Shown: in pieces, positions 1 to 15,100 of the stretch
Layout of the letters: each line of letters starts with the position of its first letter
How positions within the stretch are numbered: position 1 is the stretch's first letter
Assembly: GCA_965203295.1 (NCBI GenBank)
Contig: CBDBCZ010000017.1
Coordinates: 1,184,001-1,248,000, forward strand
From: Nitrospirales bacterium
GTDB taxonomy: Bacteria; Nitrospirota; Nitrospiria; Nitrospirales; UBA8639
DNA length: 64,000 nt
Direction of reading: 5' to 3'
Program-made: the position numbers and the translations under genes
Notes under the pieces: model-generated
What the model was told of the DNA's origin: nothing
Seen by the model: only the letters and a program-made list of their open reading frames with translations
Databases searched by the model: none

Positions 1-559
1 TGGTCAGTAGAGAACGGATCTCTTGCAACGCCTTCGCGAGTCCGGCATCTTTTGTGAGTGATAAAGGTATGTCTTTCTTACAGGAACACATGAAATTGTG
101 CGCTGTTACTGAGCGTACGAGTAACGCCCATTTGCGTGGGCAAGCTGAGCTCGGTTGCCATTTTGTGGCCGTGCACCCCACACGCAATTAAGTCGGTTCT
201 ACCCTTGGTTCTACCTTTACGTCATATCACGTGATAAGTGTTCCCAGGCGTTCTGAAGCGAAAAAAAGCTCGGACGGCTGGGTTCGAGGCTAGGGAATGC
301 CAGGAAGGGTTGATGTTTAGCAGTGCAGCTGAATTTCTTCAGATCCCAGTGCATACAAGTGGAAAATGGTACATTTGTTGAGCTGCTCTTCTCATTCTAT
401 CTAGAAGTGACCTAGTAGTAGCTGAGTGGCAACTCTCCATTCTAGCCATCAATCTCAATACACCTGTTAGTGATCAGCCTATGCTACTCCTTGTGCACAT
501 CCCTTGCGTATAGGGTAGCCATCAGTCTAATATATCACTGAGGTACTCTATCTATTTTT

Positions 560-1850
560 GCACATGCACTGCTCTATGACTCCAACTTGATGAATCCAGC
601 GAGTAAATTATCAGCCTACTCTTCTAGTGCATGTGCCTGCACAAAACATATTGTTATCTCTATGATCGCTGTGATTATCTACTCGTTCTTCCACACGCAT
701 TGTTCGATGAATCCAACTTGATCTTTTCTTCCACATGCATTGACATTGTTCGATGGCTCCAACTTGATGAATCCAGCCAGTAAGTTATCATCCTACTTTT
801 TGTTCATGTGCCTCCATAGAGCGTAGCTGACTCCATGTTAACTGTTGTACTCTACACTTCTTCCACATGCATTGCTCCATAATCCAACTTGATGAATCCA
901 GGAAGTAAGTTATCACCCACACCATATGCATGTGCCTCCATAAGTGTAGTAATCTCTTTAATCACTGCGGTACTTTATCCTTTCGCATTGTTGCATGCTT
1001 AATTGATGAATCCAGGTTTTAGTTATCACCCTAAACCTAGTGCACATGCCTACATGGATTGTAGCCATCTCTATGATCACTGTTGTACTCTACCCTTTCT
1101 TCCACATGTGTTGACATTGTTCGATGACTCCGACTTGATGAATCCAGCTTGTAAGTTATCACCCCACACCTTGTGCATGTGCCTCCACAAGTGTAGTAAT
1201 CTCTGTAATCACCGTGGTACTCTATCCTTTCGCATTGTTGCATGCTTAATTGATGAATCCAGGTTTTAGTTATCACCCTAAACCTAGTGCACATGCCTGC
1301 ATGGATTGTAGCCATCTCTATGATCACTGTTGTACTCTACCCTTTCTTCCACATGCATTGACATTGTTCGATGACTCCAACTTAATGAATCCAGGATGTA
1401 AGTTATCACTCCACACCTTATGCATACACCTCCACAAGTGTAGTAATCTATGTAATCACTGCGGTACTCTATCCTTTCGCATTGTTGCATGCTTAATTGA
1501 TGAATCCAGGTTGTAAGTTATCACCCTACACCTAGTGCACATGCCTGCATGGATTGTATCCATCTCTATGATCACTGTTGTACTCTACCCTTTCTTCCAC
1601 ATGCATTGACATTGTTCGATGACTCCAACTTGTGTATCCAGGATGTAAGTTATCATCCTACTCTTTGTACATGGGCCTCCATGGAGCGTAGCTCTCTCTG
1701 TGATCCCTGTCCCACTCTACCCTTTCTACCGCATGCATTGCCCCATGGATCCATCTTGATAATTCCAGTCTGTAAGTTATCACCCTAATCCTTTTTCATC
1801 TCTGTGGCACTCCCCATTCTTTCACATGCATTGCTCCATAAATCTGTCTT
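560..1850. repeat. Satellite DNA, left block of ~248-bp unit (diverged at edges)
   Basis: Repeating TTGATGAATCCAG..GTAAGTTATCACC..; near-identical units at 1003 and 1250 (247-bp spacing). Confidence 0.95.
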
Positions 1851-2193
1851 GATATATATAGTCAGTCACTTATATTCTCCATTTCATCCTTCTTTCTATA
1901 GTAACAGGTGGGTAATAAATTCCATATACTGACAGGAAGTTGTAGATCTTATTTCATATACCCCAGCCCTCAGGGCAATATATAACAAGCGAAATCTCAA
2001 CCCAACATATTATTTTACAGGTGGAAAGAATAATGGGTGGCTCCACACAGTCTGGATCTGAATTATGTTTATTTGTTACTTATGTAATAAACAAGGATGC
2101 CCATTGTTTTGCACCTGACAATGAGTGTATAATATAAGTGACAACTGTTATGCATTGACAGTATCTACTTTAGAACCAATCCGCTTAAAGAAT

Positions 2194-3007
2194 ACAAGTA
2201 GTTGTGCTCGCTCGCACAACTACTTGTGTTTGTTGAACTCGCTCGCTGCGCTCGCTCTGTACAGATAGAGAATAAAGATGTAATCTGCATGTGATTTGTT
2301 GGTTCATAGAGTACATTTTAATAGCAGCAGTGTTGCTGGCAGACTGAATTAACGTGGAGACAGTGCTACAGAAAAGACTACCACCAACTATAAAACAGTA
2401 TAGGCATGCTAGGACTACAGCCTAGCTCTTCACAGCCATAGCCTAGCATACATATCACGTAAGTGAATGACACTGATTCTATTTTCAGCATGACTACTTG
2501 CATGTTCATAAATCATTGTCACTACTACTAGTAAGAAAGGTTCAGTGTCAGTAAATGTGCAAACCACATTCTAACCGGAGGCAGTGACTCAGAGAGGAGG
2601 GACTACAAACAGCTGCTAGATCACACAGGCAAGCTAGCAGTAGCCTAGCTATACCACAGGCTAGCTACATGCAGGCGAACGGCACCGACTCCATTTAATG
2701 CACATCTACGTGGTTTGCCTAGCATAGCAGTTATATCTCTGCTTGGCTTTCACTTACAGGACTATACTGCAACTAACCTTTGTGTTAAAGTGCCTGACAT
2801 CGCGAGACAACCTCTTGTAGTCGCTGGAAAGAGCTAGCACTTAAATACAGACACGTGGTACTTTGACCTGTGACCGTGAACTTCTCTGGTCACAGGTGAA
2901 AGTTCATCCGGGAACGCGCGCATGCGGCTTCCGTTTCCGTTTTTCACACGTACGCACGGACGCACGAACACACGAACACAAACGGACACAACTAATAGAT
3001 AACAGAT
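2194..3007 (-). mobile_element. Possible non-autonomous Helitron-like insertion in the satellite
   Basis: Minus strand starts ATCTGTTATCTATTAG followed by a GT-rich simple repeat and ends with GC-rich hairpins (CAAGTAGTTGTGC..GCACAACTACTTG); not satellite sequence. Confidence 0.35.
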
Positions 3008-3120
3008 AAACCACAGTAGTCAGCTGGGATTTATGGCCATAAACAGCCCTCGCCTAGGGCTTCGCCCTCGGGCTAGGGCAGTTTATGAACCATAAATCCC
3101 TGGCTATCGTGGTTTATCTA
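3004..3120. mobile_element. Short foldback (hairpin) element
   Basis: AGATAAACCAC..GGGATTTATGG..CATAAAC arms inverted around a GGCTTCGCC core. Confidence 0.7.
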
Positions 3121-3129
3121 TTAAATATA

Positions 3130-6100
3130 TCACCTAGCTCATTGTGCATGTAGCTGCATGAATTTGAGCACACGCCTGCATGGATTGTAGCCATGTCTAT
3201 GATCACTGTTGTACTCTACCTTTTCTTCCACATGCATTGACATTGTTCGATGACTCTAACTTGATGAATCCAGGCTGTAAGTTATCACCCCACACCCTAT
3301 GCATATACCTCCACAAGTGTAGTAATCTCTGTAATCACTGCGATACTCTATCCTCTTGCATTGTTGCATGCTTAATTGAGGAATCCAGGTTGTAAGTTAT
3401 TACCCTAGACCTAGTGCACATGCCAGCATGAATTGTAGTCATCTCCATGATTACTGTTGTACTCTACCCTTTCTTTCACACGCATTGACATTGTTCGATG
3501 ACTCTAACTTGATGAATCCAGCTTGTAAGTTATCACCCCACACCTTATGCATATGCCTCCACAAGTGTAGTAATCTCTGTAATCACTGCGATACTCTATC
3601 CTCTTGCATTGTTGCATGATTAATTGATAAATCCAGGTTGTAAGTTATCACCCTAGACCTAGTGCACATGCCTGCAAGGATTGTAGCCATCTCTATGATC
3701 ACTGATGTACTCTACCCTATCTTCCACATGCATTGACATTGTTCGATGACTCTAACTTGATGAATCCAGAAAGTAAGTTATCACCCCACACCTTATGCAT
3801 ATGTCTCCACAAGTGTAGTAATCACTGTAATCACTGCGGTACTCTATCCTTTTGCAATGTTGCATGATTAATTGATGAATCCAGGTTGTAAGTTATCACC
3901 CTAGACCTAGTGCACATGCCTGCAAGGATTGTAGCCATCTCTATGATCACTGTTGTACTCTACCCTTTCTTCCACATGCATTGACATTGTTCGATGACTC
4001 CAACTCGATGAATCCAGCAAGTAAGTTATCACCCCACACCTTATGCATGTGCCTCCACATGTGTAGTAACTTTGTAATCACTGCGGTACTTTATCCTTTC
4101 GCATTGTTGCATGTTTAATTGATGAATTCCCAGGTTGTAAGTTATCACCCTAAACCTAGTGCACATGCCTGCATGGATTGTAGCAATCCCTATAATCACT
4201 GTTGTACTCTATCCTTTCTTCCACATGCATTGACATTGTTCGATGGCTCTAACTTGATGAATCCAGATTGTAAGTTATCACCACACCTTATGCATATGCC
4301 TCCACAAGTGTAGTAATCACTGTAATCACTGCGGTACTCTATCATTTTGCATTGTTGCATGATTAATTGCTGAATCCAGGTTGTAAGTTATCAACCCAGA
4401 CCTAGTGCACATGCCTGCACGGATTGTAGCCATCTCTGTGATCACTGTTGTACTCTACCCTTTCTTCCACATGCATTGACATTGTTCGATGACTCTAACT
4501 TGATGATTCCAGCTTGTAAGTTATCACCCCACACCTTATGCATATGCCTCCAAATGTGTAGTGATCTCTGTAATCACTGCGGTACTCTATCCTTTTGCGT
4601 TGTTGCATGATTAATTGATGAATCCAGGTTGTAAGTTATCACCCTAGACCTAGTGCACATGCCTGCATGGATTGTAGCCATCTCTATGATCACTGTTGTA
4701 CTCTACCCTTTCTTCCACATGCATTGACATTGTTCAATGACTCTAACTTGATGAATCCAGAAAGTAAGTTATCACCCCACACCTTATGCATATGTCTCCA
4801 CAAGTGTAGTAATCACTGTAATCACTGCGGTACTCTATCCTTTTGCATTGTTGCATGATTAATTGATGAATCCAGGTTGTAAGTTATCACCCTAGACCTA
4901 GTGCACATGCCTGCAAGGATTGTAGCCATCTCTATGATCACTGTTGTACTCTACCCTTTCTTCCACATGCATTGACATTGTTCGATGACTCCAACTCGAT
5001 GAATCCAGCAAGTAAGTTATCACCCCACACCTTATGCATGTGCCTCCACGTGTGTAGTAACTTTGTAATCACTGCGGTACTTTATCCTTTCGCATTGTTG
5101 CATGTTTAATTGATGAATTCCCAGGTTGTAAGTTATCACCCTAAACCTAGTGCACATGCCTGCATGGATTGTAGCAATCCCTATAATCACTGTTGTACTC
5201 TATCCTTTCTTCCACATGCATTGACATTGTTCGATGACTCTAACTTGATGAATCCAGCTTGTAAGTTATCACCCCACACCTTATGCATGTGCCTCCACAA
5301 GTGTAGTAATCACTGTAATCACTGCGGTACTCTATCATTTTGCATTGTTGCATGATTAATTGCTGAATCCAGGTTGTAAGTTATCAACCCAGACCTAGTG
5401 CACATGCCTGCAAGGATTGTAACCATCTCTATGATCACTGTTGTACTCTACCCTTTCTTCCACATGCATTGACATTGTTCGATGACTCCAACTTGATGAA
5501 TCCAGCCTGTAAGTTATCACCCCACACCTTATGCATATGCCTCCACAAGTGTAGTGATCTCTGTAATCACTGCGGTACTCTATCCTTTTGCGTTGTTGCA
5601 TGATTAATTGATGAATCCAGGTTGTAAGTTATCACCCTAGACCTAGTGCACATGCCTGCATGGATTGTAGCCATCTCTATGATCACTGTTGTACTCTACC
5701 CTTTCTTCCACATGCATTGACATTGTTCGATGACTCTAACTTGATGAATCCAGAAAGTAAGTTATCACCCCACACCTTATGCATATGTCTCCACAAGTGT
5801 AGTAATCACTGTAATCACTGCGGTACTCTATCCTTTTGCATTGTTGCATGATTAATTGATGAATCCAGGTTGTAAGTTATCACCCTAGACCTAGTGCACA
5901 TGCCTGCAAGGATTGTAGCCATCTCTATGATCACTGTTGTAGTAGCCATCTCTATGATCACTGTTGTACTCTACCCTTTCTTCCACATGCATTGACATTG
6001 TTCGATGACTCCAACTCGATGAATCCAGCGAGTAAGTTATCACCCCACACCTTATGCATATGCCTCCACAAGTGTAGTGATCTCTGTAATCACTGCGGTA

Positions 6101-9100
6101 CTCTATCCTTTTGCGTTGTTGCATGATTAATTGATGAATCCAGGTTGTAAGTTATCACCCTAGACCTAGTGCACATGCCTGCATGGATTGTAGCCATCTC
6201 TATGATCACTGTTGTACTCTACCCTTTCTTCCACATGCATTGACATTGTTCGATGACTCTAACTTGATGAATCCAGAAAGTAAGTTATCACCCCACACCT
6301 TATGCATATGTCTCCACAAGTGTAGTAATCACTGTAATCACTGCGGTACTCTATCCTTTTGCATTGTTGCATGATTAATTGATGAATCCAGGTTGTAAGT
6401 TATCACCCTAGACCTAGTGCACATGCCTGCAAGGATTGTAGCCATCTCTATGATCACTGTTGTACTCTACCCTTTCTTCCACATGCATTGACATTGTTCG
6501 ATGACTCCAACTCGATGAATCCAGCGAGTAAGTTATCACCCCACACCTTATGCATGTGCCTCCACGTGTGTAGTAACTTTGTAATCACTGCGGTACTTTA
6601 TCCTTTCGCATTGTTGCATGTTTAATTGATGAATCCAGCTTGTAAGTTATCACCTTAGACCTAGTGCGCATGCCTGCATGGATTGTAGCAATCCCTATAA
6701 TCACTGTTGTACTCTATCCTTTCTTCCACATGCATTGACATTGTTCGATGACTCCAACTCGATGAATCCAGCAAGTAGGTTATCACCCCACACCTTATGC
6801 ATGTGCCTCCACAAGTGTAGTAATCACTGTGGTACTCTATCCTTTCGCATTGTTGCATGCTAAATTGATGAATTCCGGTTGTAAGTTATCACCTTAGACC
6901 TAGTGCGCATGCCTGCATGGATTGTAGCCATCTCTATGATCACTGTTGTACTGTACCCTTTCTTCCACATGCATTGACACTGTTCGATGACTCTAACCTG
7001 ATGAATCCAGCTTGTAAGTTATCACCCCACACCTTATGCATATGCCTCCACAAGTGTAGTAATATCTGTAATCACTGCGGTACTCTATCCTTTCGCATTG
7101 TTGCATGCTTAATTGATAAATTCAGGTTGTAAGTTAGCACCTTAGACGTAGTACGCATGCCTGCAAGGATTGTAGCCATCTCTGTGATCACTGTTGTACT
7201 CTACCTTTTCTTCCACATGCATTGACATTGTTCGATGACTCTAACTTGATGAATCCAGCCTGTAAGTTATCACCCCACATTTTATGCATATATGCGTCCA
7301 TAAGTGTAGTAATCTCTGTAATCACTGCGGTACTGTATCCTTTCGCATTGTTGTATGTTTTATTGATGAATCCAGGTTGTAAGTTATCATCCTAAACCTA
7401 GTGCACATGCCTGCATGGATTGTAGCCATCTCTATGATCACTGTTGTACTCTACCTTTTCTTTCACATGCATTGACATTGTTCTATGACTCTAACTTGAT
7501 GAATCCAGACTGTAGGTTATCACCCCACATTTTATGCATATGCGTCCATGAATCCAGGTTGTTTATGCATATGCGTCCATAAGTGTAGTAATCTCTGTAA
7601 TCACTGCGGTTCTCCATTCTTTCGCATTGTTGCATGTTTAATTGATGAATCCAGGTTGTATGTTATCATCCTAAACCTAGTGCACATGCCTGCATGGATT
7701 GTAGCCATGTCTATGATCACTGTACTCTACCTGTTCTTCCACATGCATTGACATTGTTCGTTCCACATGCATTGACATTGTTCGATGACTCTAACTTGAT
7801 GATTCCAGATTGTAAGTTATCACCCCACACCTTATGCATGTCTCCACAAGTGTAGTAATCTCTGTAATCACTGCTGTACTCTATCCTTTTGCATTTTTGC
7901 ATATTTAATTGATGAATCCAGGTTGTACGTTATCATCCCAAACCTATCGCACATGCCTGCATGGTTTGTAGCCATCTCTATGATCACTGTTGTACTCTAC
8001 CCTTTCTTCCACATGCATTGACATTGTTCGATGACTCTAACTTGATGAATCCAGCTTGTAAGTTATCACCACACCTTATGCATATGCCTTCACAAGTGTA
8101 GTAATCACTGTAATCACTGCGGTACTCTATCATTTTGCATTGTTGCATGATTAATTGCTGAATCCAGGTTGTAAGTTATCAACCCAGACCTAGTGCACAT
8201 GCCTGCATGGATTGTAGCCATCTCTGTGATCACTGTTGTACTCTACCCTTTCTTCCACATGCATTGACATTGTTCGATGACTCCAACTTGATGAATCCAG
8301 CCTGTAAGTTATCACCCCACACCTTATGCATATGCCTCCACAAGTGTAGTAATATCTGTAATCACTGCGGTACTCTATCCTTTCGCATTGTTGCATGCTT
8401 AGTTGATAAATTCCGGTTGTAAGTTATCACCTTAGACCTAGTGCGCATGCCTGCAAGGATTGTAGCCATCTCTATGATCACTGTTGTACTCTACCCTTTC
8501 TTCCACATGCATTGACATTGTTCGATGACTCCAACTTGATGAATCCAGCCTGTAAGTTATCACCCCACACCTTATGCATATGCCTCCACAAGTGTAGTGA
8601 TCTCTGTAATCACTGCGGTACTCTATCCTTTTGCGTTGTTGCATGATTAATTGATGAATCCAGGTTGTAAGTTATCACCTTAGACCTAGTGCGCACTCTA
8701 CCCTTTCTTCCACATGCATTGACATTGTTCGATGACTCCAACTCGATGAATCCAGCAAGTAGGTTATCACCCCACATTTTATGCATATGCGTCCATAAGT
8801 GTAGTAATCTCTGTAATCACTGCGGTACTGTATCCTTTCGCATTGTTGTATGTTTTATTGATGAATCCAGGTTGTAAGTTATCATCCTAAACCTAGTGCA
8901 CATGCCTGCATGGATTGTAGCCATCTCTATGATCACTGTTGTACTCTACCTTTTCTTTCACATGCATGCATTGACATTGTTCTATGACTCTAACTTGATG
9001 AATCCAGACTGTAGGTTATCACCCCACATTTTATGCATATGCGTCCATGAATCCAGGTTGTTTATGCATATGCGTCCATAAGTGTAGTAATCTCTGTAAT

Positions 9101-12100
9101 CACTGCGGTTCTCCATTCTTTCGCATTGTTGCATGCTAAATTGATGAATTCCGGTTGTAAGTTATCACCTTAGACCTAGTGCGCATGCCTGCATGGATTG
9201 TAGCCATCTCTATGATCACTGTTGTACTGTACCCTTTCTTCCACATGCATTGACACTGTTCGATGACTCTAACCTGATGAATCCAGCTTGTATACGTTAT
9301 CACCCCACACCTTATGCATATGCCTCCACAAGTGTAGCAATCACTGTAATCACTGCGGTACTCTATCCTTTTGCATTGTTGCATGTTTAATTGATGAATC
9401 CAGGTTGTAAGTTATCACCCTAGACCTAGTGCACATGCCTGCATGGATTGTAGCCATCTCTGTGATCACTGTTGTACTCTACCCTTTCTTCCACATGCAT
9501 TGACATTGTTCGATGACTCCAACTTGATGAATCCAGCCTGTAAGTTATCACCCCACACCTTATGCATATGCCTCCACAAGTGTAGTAATATCTGTAATCA
9601 CTGCGGTACTCTATCCTTTCGCATTGTTGCATGATTAATTGATGAATCCAGGTTGTAAGTTATCACCTTAGACCTAGTGCGCATGCCTGCAAGGATCGTA
9701 GCCATCTCTGTGATCACTGTTGTACTCTACCCTTTCTTCCACATGTATTGACATTGTTCGATGACTCCAACTCGATGAATCCAGCACGTAGGTTATCACC
9801 CCACACCTTATGCATGTGCCTCCACAAGTGTAGTAATCACTGTGGCACTCTATCCTTTCGCATTGTTGCATGCTAAATTGATGAATTCCGGTTGTAAGTT
9901 ATCACCTTAGACCTAGTGCGCATGCCTGCATGGATTGTAGCCATCTCTATGATCACTGTTGTACTGTACCCTTTCTTCCACATGCATTGACACTGTTCGA
10001 TGACTCTAACCTGATGAATCCAGCTTGTATACGTTATCACCCCACACCTTATGCATATGCCTCCACAAGTGTAGCAATCACTGTAATCACTGCGGTACTC
10101 TATCCTTTTGCATTGTTGCATGTTTAATTGATGAATCCAGGTTGTACGTTATCATCCCAAACCTATCGCACATGCCTGCATGGTTTGTAGCCATCTCTAT
10201 GATCACTGTTGTACTCTACCCTTTCTTCCACATGCATTGACATTGTTCGATGACTCTAACTTGATGAATCCAGCTTGTAAGTTATCACCACACCTTATGC
10301 ATATGCCTTCACAAGTGTAGTAATCACTGTAATCACTGCGGTACTCTATCCTTTCGCATTGTTGCATGCTTAATTGATAAATTCCGGTTGTAAGTTAGCA
10401 CCTTAGACCTAGTACGCAAGGATTGTAGCCATCTCTGTGATCACTGTTGTACTCTACCCTTTCTTCCACATGCATTGACATTGTTCGATGACTCCAACTC
10501 GATGAATCCAGCAAGTAGGTTATCACCCCACATTTTATGCATATGCGTCCATAAGTGTAGTAATCTCTGTAATCACTGCGGTACTGTATCCTTTCGCATT
10601 GTTGTATGTTTTATTGATGAATCCAGGTTGTAAGTGACTCTAACTTGATGAATCCAGACTGTAGGTTATCACCCCACATTTTATGCATATGCGTCCATGA
10701 ATCCAGGTTGTTTATGCATATGCGTCCATAAGTGTAGTAATCTCTGTAATCACTGCGGTTCTCCATTCTTTCGCATTGTTGCATGTTTAATTGATGAATC
10801 CAGGTTGTATGTTATCATCCTAAACCTAGTGCACATGCCTGCATGGATTGTAGCCATGTCTATGATCACTGTTGTACTCTACCTGTTCTTCCACATGCAT
10901 TGACATTGTTCGATGACTCTAACTTGATGATTCCAGATTGTAAGTTATCACCCCACACCTTATGCATGTCTCCACAAGTGTAGTAATCACTGTAATCACT
11001 GCTGTACTCTATCCTTTTGCATTTTTGCATATTTAATTGATGAATCCAGGTTGTACGTTATCATCCCAAACCTATCGCACATGCCTGCATGGTTTGTAGC
11101 CATCTCTATGATCACTGTTGTACTCTACCCTTTGTACTCTATCCTTTTGCATTTTTGCATATTTAATTGATGAATCCAGGTTGTACGTTATCATCCCAAA
11201 CCTATCGCACATGCCTGCATGGTTTGTAGCCATCTCTATGATCACTGTTGTACTCTACCCTTTCTTCCACATGCATTGACATTGTTCGATGACTCTAACT
11301 TGATGAATCCAGCTTGTAAGTTATCACCACACCTTATGCATATGCCTTCACAAGTGTAGTAATCACTGTAATCACTGCGGTACTCTATCATTTTGCATTG
11401 TTGCATGATTAATTGCTGAATCCACGTTGTAAGTTATCAACCCAGACCTAGTGCACATGCCTGCATGGATTGTAGCCATCTCTGTGATCACTGTTGTACT
11501 CTACCCTTTCTTCCACATGCATTGACATTGTTCGATGACTCCAACTTGATGAATCCAGCCTGTAAGTTATCACCCCACACCTTATGCATATGCCTCCACA
11601 AGTGTAGTAATACTGTAATCACTGCGGTACTCTATCCTTTCGCATTGTTGCATGCTTAATTGATAAATTCCGGTTGTAAGTTATCACCTTAGACCTAGTG
11701 CGCATGCCTGCAAGGATTGTAGCCATCTCTATGATCACTGTTGTACTCTACCCTTTCTTCCACATGCATTGACATTGTTCGATGACTCCAACTTGATGAA
11801 TCCAGCCTGTAAGTTATCACCCCACACCTTATGCATATGCCTCCACAAGTGTAGTGATCTCTGTAATCACTGCGGTACTCTATCCTTTTGCGTTGTTGCA
11901 TGATTAATTGATGAATCCAGGTTGTAAGTTATCACCTTAGACCTAGTGCGCATGCCTGCAAGGATCGTAGCCATCTCTATGATCACTGTTGTACTCTACC
12001 CTTTCTTCCACATGTATTGACATTGTTCGATGACTCCAACTCGATGAATCCAGCACGTAGGTTATCACCCCACACCTTATGCATGTGCCTCCACAAGTGT

Positions 12101-15100
12101 AGTAATCACTGTGGCACTCTATCCTTTCGCATTGTTGCATGCTAAATTGATGAATTCCGGTTGTAAGTTATCACCTTAGACCTAGTGCGCATGCCTGCAT
12201 GGATTGTAGCCATCTCTATGATCACTGTTGTACTGTACCCTTTCTTCCACATGCATTGACACTGTTCGATGACTCTAACCTGATGAATCCAGCTTGTAAG
12301 TTATCACCCCACACCTTATGCATATGCCTCCACAAGTGTAGCAATCACTGTAATCACTGCGGTACTCTATCCTTTTGCATTGTTGCATGTTTAATTGATG
12401 AATCCAGGTTGTAAGTTATCACCCTAGACCTAGTGCACATGCCTGCATGGATTGTAGCCATCTCTGTGATCACTGTTGTACTCTACCCTTTCTTCCACAT
12501 GCATTGACATTGTTCGATGACTCCAACTTGATGAATCCAGCCAAGTTATCACCCCACACCTTATGCATATGCCTCCACAAGTGTAGTAATATCTGTAATC
12601 ACTGCGGTACTCTATCCTTTCGCATTGTTGCATGCTTAATTGATAAATTCCGGTTGTAAGTTAGCACCTTAGACCTAGTACGCAAGGATTGTAGCCATTT
12701 CTGTGATCACTGTTGTACTCTACCCTTTCTTCCACATGCATTGACATTGTTCGATGACTCCAACTCGATGAATCCAGCAAGTAGGTTATCACCCCACATT
12801 TTATGCATATGCGTCCATAAGTGTAGTAATCTCTGTAATCACTGCGGTACTGTATCCTTTCGCATTGTTGTATGTTTTATTGATGAATCCAGGTTGTAAG
12901 TTATCATCCTAAACCTAGTGCACATGCCTGCATGGATTGTAGCCATCTCTATGATCACTGTTGTACTCTACCTTTTCTTTCACATGCATGCATTGACATT
13001 GTTCTATGACTCTAACTTGATGAATCCAGACTGTAGGTTATCACCCCACATTTTATGCATATGCGTCCATGAATCCAGGTTGTTTATGCATATGCGTCCA
13101 TAAGTGTAGTAATCTCTGTAATCACTGCGGTTCTCCATTCTTTCGCATTGTTGCATGTTTAATTGATGAATCCAGGTTGTATGTTATCATCCTAAACCTA
13201 GTGCACATGCCTGCATGGATTGTAGCCATGTCTATGATCACTGTTGTACTCTACCTGTTCTTCCACATGCATTGACATTGTTCGATGACTCTAACTTGAT
13301 GATTCCAGATTGTAAGTTATCACCCCACACCTTATGCATGTCTCCACAAGTGTAGTAATCACTGTAATCACTGCTGTACTCTATCCTTTTGCATTTTTGC
13401 ATATTTAATTGATGAATCCAGGTTGTACGTTATCATCCCAAACCTATCGCACATGCCTGCATGGTTTGTAGCCATCTCTATGATCACTGTTGTACTCTAC
13501 CCTTTCTTCCATATGCATTGACATTGTTCGATGAATCTAACTTGATGAATCCAGTCTGTAAGTTATCGCCCCACACCTTATGCATATGCCTCCACAAGTG
13601 TAGTAATTTCTGTAATCACTGTGGTACTCTATCCTTTTGCATTGTTGCATGATTAATTGATGAATCCAGGTTGTAAGTTATCATCCTAAACCTAGTGCAC
13701 ATGCCTGCATGGATTGTAGCCATCCCTATAATTACTGTTGTACTCTACCCTTTCTTCCACACGCATTGACATTGTTCGATCACTCTAACTTGATGAATCC
13801 AGCGAGTAAGTTATTATCCTACTTCTTGTTTATGTGCCTCCATGGAACGTAGTCGACTCCATGCTAACTGTGGTACTCTACCCTTTCTCCAAACGCATTG
13901 ACATTGTTCGATGACTCCAACTTCATGAATCCAGGAAGTAAGTTATCACCCTACACCTTATGCATATGCCTCCACATGTGTAGTAATCTCTGTATTCACT
14001 GCGGTACTCTATCCTTTTGCATTATTGCATGTTTATGATGAATCCAGGTTGTAAGTTATCATCCTAAACCTAGTACACATACTTGCATGGATTGTAACCA
14101 TCTCTATGATCACTGTTTTACTCTATCTTTCTTGCACATGCATTGAAATTGTTCGATGACGCCAACTTGATGAATCCAGCGAGTAAGTTATTATCCTACT
14201 TCTTGTTCATGTGCCTCCATGGAACGTAGTCGACTTCATGCTAACTATGGTACTCTACCCTTTCTCCAAACGCATTGACATTGTTCGATGACTCTAACTT
14301 GATGAATCCAGGTTGTAAGTTATCACCCCACACCTTAATTATGCATATGCCTCCACATGTGTAGTAATCTCTGTAGTCACTGCGGTACTCTATCCTTTTG
14401 CATTGTTGCATGTTTAATTGATGAATCCAGGTAGTAAGTTATCATCCTAAACCTAGTGCACATGCCTGCATGGATTGTAGCCATCTCTATGATCACTGTT
14501 GTACTCTACCCTTTCTTCCACATGCATTGACATTGCTCGATGACTCCAACTTCATGAATCCAGGAAGTAAGTTATCACCCCACACCTTATACATATGCCT
14601 CCACATGTGTAGTAATCTCTGTATTCACTGCGGTACTCTATCCTTTCGCATTGTTGCATGTTTAATTGATGAATCCAGGTTGTAAGTTATCATCCTAGAC
14701 CTAGTACACATGCCTGCATGGATTGTAGCCATCTCGTTGATCACTGTTGTACTCTACCCTTTCTTCCACATGCATTGACATTGTTCGATGACTCCAACTC
14801 GATGAATCCAGCAAGTAGGTTGTCACCCCACACGTTATACATGTGCCTCCATAAGTGTAGTAATCACTGTAATCACTGCGGTACTCTATCCTTTCGCATT
14901 GTTGCATGCTTAATTGATGAATTCAGGTTGTAAGTTATCACCCTAGACCTAGTACACATGCCTGCATGGATTGTAGCCATCTCGTTGATCACTGTTGTAC
15001 TCTACCCTTTCTTCCACATGCATTGACATTGTTCGATGACTCCAACTCGATGAATCCAGCAAGTAGGTTGTCACCCCACACGTTATACATGTGCCTCCAT

